32,000 bases of DNA from Nostoc punctiforme PCC 73102 (GTDB lineage Bacteria; Cyanobacteriota; Cyanobacteriia; Cyanobacteriales; Nostocaceae). The notes beneath the pieces were generated by a model. The model did no database searches, was not told the DNA's origin, and saw nothing but the letters and a program-made list of their open reading frames with translations. The stretch covers positions 180,001 to 212,000 of the forward strand of contig NC_010631.1 in assembly GCF_000020025.1 (NCBI RefSeq), written 5' to 3'. This document shows, piece after piece, positions 27,790 through 32,000 of this stretch (position 1 is its first letter; each line of letters starts with the position of its first letter). The translations under genes were made by a program, and so were the position numbers.

Positions 27790-28170
27790 TTAAAACTCCA
27801 GCAATTGAATGTATGCGTCTAATGCCGCGATCGCTGGATGTGGATGTGGCTGTGAACGCAGTCCGTTGCAGATTGTGGCGATAGTCCCAAGTTCTGTAAA
27901 GCTGAAGCTGATACTGGAATGTCGAGCCGCGCAGTGTTGAATAATCGTCAGTAACACAAAATTCAACAATTGAATTGTAAGATCACGTTGATTGGCTAAA
28001 TGTGTTTCTAAGTTCTCAGTAATAATTTGGCGACTAGCAGTAAGAGAATTGCACTTTTCAACATCTGGTAAAATTCGGAGCTTGAACTTGTAATCGCGCT
28101 CAGTAGATAAACATTCATCAGGGGCAAGAATTGCCCATTTATGAAAGAGTTGTTGGATAGTTGTACTCAT
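27790..28170 (-). CDS. Hypothetical protein (126 aa), first gene of the minus-strand cassette
   Basis: It is the only long ORF in this interval. It is co-oriented with the ASCH gene and ends 5 nt upstream of the ASCH start. I see no recognisable motif. Confidence 0.45.
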   Translation of the reverse strand: MSTTIQQLFHKWAILAPDECLSTERDYKFKLRILPDVEKCNSLTASRQIITENLETHLANQRDLTIQLLNFVLLTIIQHCAARHSSISFSFTELGTIATICNGLRSQPHPHPAIAALDAYIQLLEF

Positions 28171-28221
28171 AAAGTCTGTAGTTGTGAGTTTCTGCGAGAA
28201 TAGAAAGAGAAAGGAGGGATT

Positions 28222-28627
28222 ATGACAAACGCTTTTCCACCAGAAGATAGCAGTGTAAGGTTTGATAATATTGATACTCGTCTAGAAGAGATAGGTGACG
28301 AACTGGAAATGCTATAGGACAGTACAAAATGCTAACAGGCAGGAAACACGGGGAAATTCGCAAACCATTGCAAGGTTAGAGCGTACCATTAGAGAACTGG
28401 CTGACATTGCACGCCTCCATCAGGAAGGATTACGCGCTGCTCAAAGAGATGCTGAACGCGATCATCAAGCCATAAGGCAAGTTGAACTTCAAGCTGACCG
28501 AGATCGTGAAGTATTGTTGGCTTCTCTACTCCAAGCAGAGCGCGACCGTCAAGTTTTTCAAGAGGAAATCCGCAGAATTTGGGAGTATTTACGTGACCGA
28601 AATGGCGGTAGTAGCACACCAAATTAA
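28222..28627 (+). pseudogene. Coiled-coil hypothetical protein, apparently frameshifted near 28310-28317
   Basis: A strong SD (aaggaggg, 28211-28218) precedes the ATG at 28222. This gives MTNAFPPEDSSVRFDNIDTRLEEIGDELEML, then a TAG at 28315. The heptad-rich sequence continues in the +1 frame (RTVQNANRQETRGNSQTIARLERTIRELADIARLHQEGL...IRRIWEYLRDRNGG) to 28627. Confidence 0.45.
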
Positions 28628-28642
28628 TTAACTCCATCCCGT

Positions 28643-29992
28643 TTACCTCGCCAAGTTCAAAAATTTCGATGTGGATAAATCGCACAACATGGTCGCAGTG
28701 CCGAGCTTACCGTAAAGGCGGTTTTTCTCAACAATCAACTCAATAGTGCGATCGCTTGGGTCTTTTGTATAAACAGCATCGCGGTAAAGCATGATTAACT
28801 GGTCACAAACCTCAAAGATTTCACCAGAATTACGTAACAGATGACGATTGGGGCGTTTATCAGCCGTTGTTTGATTCCCTCGATTGATTTGACAGCCCAA
28901 GAAAACAGGGATTTTGTGAGACTTGGCAATATCCCGAATCTGGCGGGTAATCTTGCCGACTTCAAAAGCCATGTTCCCCCCTGATTCCAGAGGAATCTGC
29001 TGCAAGTAGTCAATAAACACAGCACCAATAGAACTATCAAATTCGGCAATGGCACGACGCACAGCAGAAGCAATCATTGTGGTTGTAGGGGAGGAATGCT
29101 CGTAAACCTTCCAAGGCAGTTCCACCATCTGTCCTATACCTTGTGCTATTTGCTCCCAGTAGCATTGAGTATTGGTTTGAATCATAGAAGCGTCTACGCC
29201 AGTGATTCGGGCCAGCATTCGGGCATTGAGTTGATTCTTATCCATTTCTGGAGTTACGTACAGAACTGGTTTTCCAAGTTTGGTCATGATTTCATAAGCG
29301 TAAGAAATCATGAAGTGAGTTTTCCCCATGTGGGATTCAGCAGCTACTACAACTAAGCTGCTGGGGTAAATCCCCCCGGTGATATTTTCGAGGTCGTACC
29401 AACCAACTTTGTCGCCTGCCATATTCCCCATCTCCAGCTTTTGAAAAAGTTCAATGCCCATGTCTTGTGCTGAGAAAACCTTGCAGCATTCATCGCTTTG
29501 ATTTTGGGTAACGGTGAAAACTTCCGCCTCAGCAAGGTTTAGTACGAGTGGTAATTCCGTTTCGGTTTGGTAGGCGAGTTTGACAACTTCTGAACCGGCT
29601 CTGATTAACTGCCGTCTTCGATATTTTTCCATGACTAAGTTAGCTAAAGCATCGATGTTGACGGCGGACACAGTGCGGTCTACCAAAGTTGCTAACTTGT
29701 TTCTGCCACCAATGCGGTCGAGAAGATTGTGGTCAGCTAACCAAGCGGTAACGCTTAGTAAATCTGTGGGTTGATATGTAGCATGAAGTCGAGCTGCGGC
29801 TTGATAGATATCTTTGTGGGCACTGATGTAAAAGGCATCACTGACAAGGATATCGCTGACTCTGGTCATTGCTTCTGGGTCAAGCATAATCCCGCCTAAA
29901 ATCGCTTCTTCCGCCTCAATGTTTTGAGGTGGTAAGTTGACTTGGTTTCGGTCAGGAGCAAAAGAAAGTACGTTGTTTTGATTAGAGTGCAT
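28643..29992 (-). CDS. dnaB: Replicative DNA helicase, DnaB family (element-encoded)
   Basis: The N-terminal domain reads PPQNIEAEEAILGGIMLDPEAM...AHKDIYQAA. The Walker A is AAESHMGKTHF, followed by VFIDYLQQI and FLGCQINRG. I prefer the ATG at 29990-29992, which has GAGG upstream. The track ORF starts at a TTG at 30010. Confidence 0.9.
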   Translation of the reverse strand: MHSNQNNVLSFAPDRNQVNLPPQNIEAEEAILGGIMLDPEAMTRVSDILVSDAFYISAHKDIYQAAARLHATYQPTDLLSVTAWLADHNLLDRIGGRNKLATLVDRTVSAVNIDALANLVMEKYRRRQLIRAGSEVVKLAYQTETELPLVLNLAEAEVFTVTQNQSDECCKVFSAQDMGIELFQKLEMGNMAGDKVGWYDLENITGGIYPSSLVVVAAESHMGKTHFMISYAYEIMTKLGKPVLYVTPEMDKNQLNARMLARITGVDASMIQTNTQCYWEQIAQGIGQMVELPWKVYEHSSPTTTMIASAVRRAIAEFDSSIGAVFIDYLQQIPLESGGNMAFEVGKITRQIRDIAKSHKIPVFLGCQINRGNQTTADKRPNRHLLRNSGEIFEVCDQLIMLYRDAVYTKDPSDRTIELIVEKNRLYGKLGTATMLCDLSTSKFLNLAR

Positions 29993-30020
29993 AACTACCT
30001 CAATTTGCAATTCAAAAGGT

Positions 30021-31403
30021 TTACGCTCGAAGCGCTAATTTTAATTGCGCTTCAACTTCTCGCAAATTCATGGAAGATAATTTGGAGTTGCTCGAAACTT
30101 TCGGCTCATTTGCTTTAGCTTGAAGTTTCGCTTTTAGCTGGAGCATTTGTGGGCTTTTTTGATACTCCAAAGATGGCTCTTGTTTGAAAAGCTCTTGCTG
30201 ACGGCGTATTTGGTCTTGTAGCAAAGCATCTTCAAGCGTGGTGCTAGTGTTTGGTCTTTTCGTCGTAGCAGTATGCAGTTGACATAGGGGCTGTTTTTCT
30301 GTTTGCAATACTGCTTGGTGATAACGCTGCATCAAATTTGTCCACCCACCCTTGTTTTTCTCCCAAGTGTTCATGACTGCAACAGCATGAGTAATTTCCT
30401 GTTGTGCCGAGAGTTTAGACTTAGTAGCTAATTCTTTTGCCAGGAAATCAACGACTATCGGGTTGAAGTTCTGGTACAAGTTATTCAGCTTTCGTTCTCC
30501 ATTGCGCCAAGGTAAAACCCAGCAATTCCACTTGATTGAGTCTCTGACAAGCAGGGGCACACAATCATCACTCATAGCAGTCGGGTCTGTTAACCAGGCA
30601 TCAATCAGTTCTTTCACGTTCCGGGCTGTCTTGTAGGGACAGGTTAGTTGCACCTTATTCGATTGTTCGGATTTCTCGAACGACCCTGCCGCAATAGTAG
30701 GTCTACAAGAGGGGTTATCGGTTTGTTGCAAAGTCTCGGATTTATTTAACAACGAAGTGGAAAGTTGTGGGGTTGGTTCTTCTGGAGTTAGTTCTTCAAG
30801 TTCTTCAAGTTCTGTTTGAAGGTTCAAGTCAATTTGCTCATTTTCACACACACTTTCATGGTTTGGGAGTGGGCTATTTTCAGGTGGCGCGTCCTTAAGT
30901 GGGAGTACCTTAACAGGGATATCTTTAATGGGAATACCTTCGTGGGTCAAAATTGACCCCACCCCCAATGCATTTTTGACCCCAGTAGGGGGAGCAAAAT
31001 TGACCCCACCCCCCATGCATTTTTGACTGGGGTCGTTTTTAACCGGGCTTTCTTTTTTAATTTTGATTTGTTCTCGTAAGAGCAATACCTGTTTAGGCTC
31101 TACCCACTCACTTGCCGGAGCTAATGTATAAATGTTGGTAGTACCAGGACGTTCTTGTATTGTGAGCATTCCTGTAGCTAACAAAACCTTCAGGGCATTT
31201 TTGGCGGTTTTGAGAGCCATATAACAATGTTGAGCCATTTTTGGAATCGATTCAAAACAGCCCTGTCCACCTGCCCTTCTTTGTATATGGGAATAAAGCC
31301 TGAATTCCTCTGGTTCGAGTGGATAATCATCAAGAAAACTGGGGATGAATGCTCCAAAATTTGAACGGTTATGTAAGGTATTTTGATTTGATGCTAAATT
31401 CAT
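30021..31403 (-). CDS. Replication-initiator-like protein with N-terminal winged-helix/HTH domain
   Basis: FRLYSHIQRRAGGQGCFESIPKMAQHCYMALKTAKNALKVLLATGMLTIQERPGTTNIYTL resembles the HTH_36-type domain of phage and plasmid replication proteins. The gene sits immediately upstream of dnaB. I chose the start at ATG 31401-31403 because the longer ORF (to 31475) would have to read through a GC hairpin. Confidence 0.65.
   Translation of the reverse strand: MNLASNQNTLHNRSNFGAFIPSFLDDYPLEPEEFRLYSHIQRRAGGQGCFESIPKMAQHCYMALKTAKNALKVLLATGMLTIQERPGTTNIYTLAPASEWVEPKQVLLLREQIKIKKESPVKNDPSQKCMGGGVNFAPPTGVKNALGVGSILTHEGIPIKDIPVKVLPLKDAPPENSPLPNHESVCENEQIDLNLQTELEELEELTPEEPTPQLSTSLLNKSETLQQTDNPSCRPTIAAGSFEKSEQSNKVQLTCPYKTARNVKELIDAWLTDPTAMSDDCVPLLVRDSIKWNCWVLPWRNGERKLNNLYQNFNPIVVDFLAKELATKSKLSAQQEITHAVAVMNTWEKNKGGWTNLMQRYHQAVLQTEKQPLCQLHTATTKRPNTSTTLEDALLQDQIRRQQELFKQEPSLEYQKSPQMLQLKAKLQAKANEPKVSSNSKLSSMNLREVEAQLKLALRA
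30948..31027. repeat. Two 33-nt direct repeats (iteron-like) inside the initiator gene
   Basis: The copies are caaaattgaccccacccccaatgcatttttgac (30948-30980) and caaaattgaccccaccccccatgcatttttgac (30995-31027), identical at 32 of 33 positions. The period is 47 nt. Because 47 is not a multiple of 3, the copies are read in different frames (SQKCMGGGVNFA vs GVKNALGVGSIL). An AT-rich tract follows at about 31036-31075. Confidence 0.6.
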
Positions 31404-31437
31404 ATTTATAGACCCTGCTAGATATGCAATCTTTTTT

Positions 31438-31470
31438 CCCCCGCACTCCACAAGCGGGGGTTTTGCTTTA
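31438..31470 (+). terminator. GC-rich hairpin with flanking T-tracts (possible intrinsic terminator or boundary structure)
   Basis: The arms are cccccgc (31438-31444) and gcggggg (31454-31460). ctttttt precedes the hairpin and ttttgcttta follows it. The U-tract is only correct for plus-strand transcription, so the function is uncertain. Confidence 0.3.
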
Positions 31471-31471
31471 T

Positions 31472-31650
31472 TCACGCATCCAACGGAAATTGTCTGACTT
31501 TGAGTTGTTCGGGAAATTCTTCAATTTCGCCACCCTTTTTATCGCGGGTTTTAAATCGTTGCCCCTGGAAGTCCCGCATTCGCCCCCAACTGTTTAACAA
31601 ATACAGGCGTTTGCGATTGCTGGCACTGTTGGACAATAGACTTACTAATG
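31472..31650 (-). pseudogene. 3' remnant of a DUF5131 (phage Gp37/Gp68-like) gene, frameshifted
   Basis: One frame gives ISKSIVQQCQQSQTPVFVKQLGA and the next gives DFQGQRFKTRDKKGGEIEEFPEQLKVRQFPLDA*. These match the family C-terminus as I remember it (W.r.i..qC...gvPfFFKQwG ... kGG...EfP..LrvReFP). Everything upstream is replaced by the 3' end of alkB. Confidence 0.4.
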
Positions 31651-31653
31651 CCG

Positions 31654-32000
31654 TTATCTCTTGCCCCCAATGTGTGGGCGAAATGTCAGATTAAAACGCG
31701 AGCTAACGACTTTGTTAGTTTTGGGAACTTGATGCAGATGTGTTGATTGGCAACCTGGGTGCATCACCAGTAAACTCCCGTGTTCCAGCCAAAAATCAGT
31801 AGACTTACTCCCGATAGGCTTAATCTGAAACTTCCGCATCGAACCCAAACTGATGGATGCGATTGCTGGGTTAAATCCCATTGATGCTTCACTATCGTTG
31901 TGCCACCCGATGCTATCAGAGCCACTTCTGTACTGATTGCCGATGACAATACGGAAGCTGTAGTCAGTAGCAGCAGTAATCTTATCTCGCAGTTGGGCTA
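31654..32000 (-). CDS. alkB: Fe(II)/2-oxoglutarate-dependent dioxygenase AlkB (5' end outside the window)
   Basis: The frame is open to the window edge. Motifs are DSIGWHNDSE (HxD), IASISLGSMRKF, HGSLLVMHPGCQSTHLHQVPK (distal His) and RFNLTFRP (RxNxTxR). Confidence 0.8.
   Translation of the reverse strand, partial: AQLRDKITAATDYSFRIVIGNQYRSGSDSIGWHNDSEASMGFNPAIASISLGSMRKFQIKPIGSKSTDFWLEHGSLLVMHPGCQSTHLHQVPKTNKVVSSRFNLTFRPHIGGKR

Noticed and set aside
28389-28685. Minus-strand ORF antisense to the coiled-coil gene.
   Set aside because: It is the mirror frame of a biased, repeat-rich coding sequence, and it shows no motif.
30948-31027. The direct repeats considered as a possible mini-CRISPR array.
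   Set aside because: There are only two copies, with a 14-nt spacer. They sit inside a coding gene, and no cas genes occur in the window. Iterons are a better explanation.
30021-31475. The long version of the initiator ORF, starting at GTG 31475 (MNKAKPPLVECGGKK...).
   Set aside because: The extra 24 codons would be translated through a GC-rich 7-bp hairpin flanked by T-tracts (31438-31470). The ATG at 31403 is the more plausible start, although this is not proven.
31500-31694. Plus-strand 64-aa ORF.
   Set aside because: It is antisense to the DUF5131-like remnant and the alkB 3' end, and it shows no motif.
1-32000. A scan for tRNA, rRNA, tmRNA, an integrase or an att site that could delimit the island.
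   Set aside because: By eye I recognised no cloverleaf-like sequence, rRNA-like conserved block or tyrosine or serine recombinase motifs. A covariance-model search would be needed to exclude small RNAs.

Overview
This looks like a chromosomal segment from a cyanobacterium, probably a filamentous Nostocales-type organism. The basis is at least 15 copies of the HIP1 octamer GCGATCGC, phytochrome and cyanobacteriochrome GAF domains, and short GC-rich dispersed repeats. I saw no rRNA, tRNA or CRISPR array.

Layout:
1. 430-1400: IS remnants.
2. 1430-8569, all minus strand: a signalling block. It holds a 3xPAS histidine kinase and a tight ModA-like binding protein / CHASE3-PAS hybrid kinase / REC-kinase operon.
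3. 8.9-10.2 kb: a junkyard with a truncated, frameshifted ISAs1 transposase and a 5'-truncated dinB.
4. 10.5-12.7 kb: an AhpD/CMD-like domain fused to a degenerate GGDEF and an intact EAL.
5. 12.7-13.7 kb: an IS1-family element whose transposase is broken, partly by tiny GC-rich insertions.
6. 13.9-15.7 kb: an AT-rich HAMP histidine kinase.
7. 15.7-17.5 kb: a 1.86-kb ORF-poor region full of nested and interleaved inverted repeats.
8. 17.5-24.4 kb: a knotless (Cph2-type) phytochrome/cyanobacteriochrome kinase convergent with a LOV-PAS-PAS-GGDEF-EAL protein.
9. 24.8 kb to the window end: a decaying phage- or plasmid-like element. It carries a replication initiator with iteron-like repeats inside its own gene, DnaB, an extended C5 DNA methyltransferase cassette with ASCH and DUF488-like genes, a DUF5131 remnant and AlkB.

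The candidates I rate highest for new biology are:
- the methyltransferase/ASCH/unknown-protein cassette
- the binding-protein-coupled kinase cascade
- the redox-type domain on a c-di-GMP enzyme
- the multi-colour light-sensor pair
- the structured non-coding region

All family calls come from motif recognition by eye. No database search was run.
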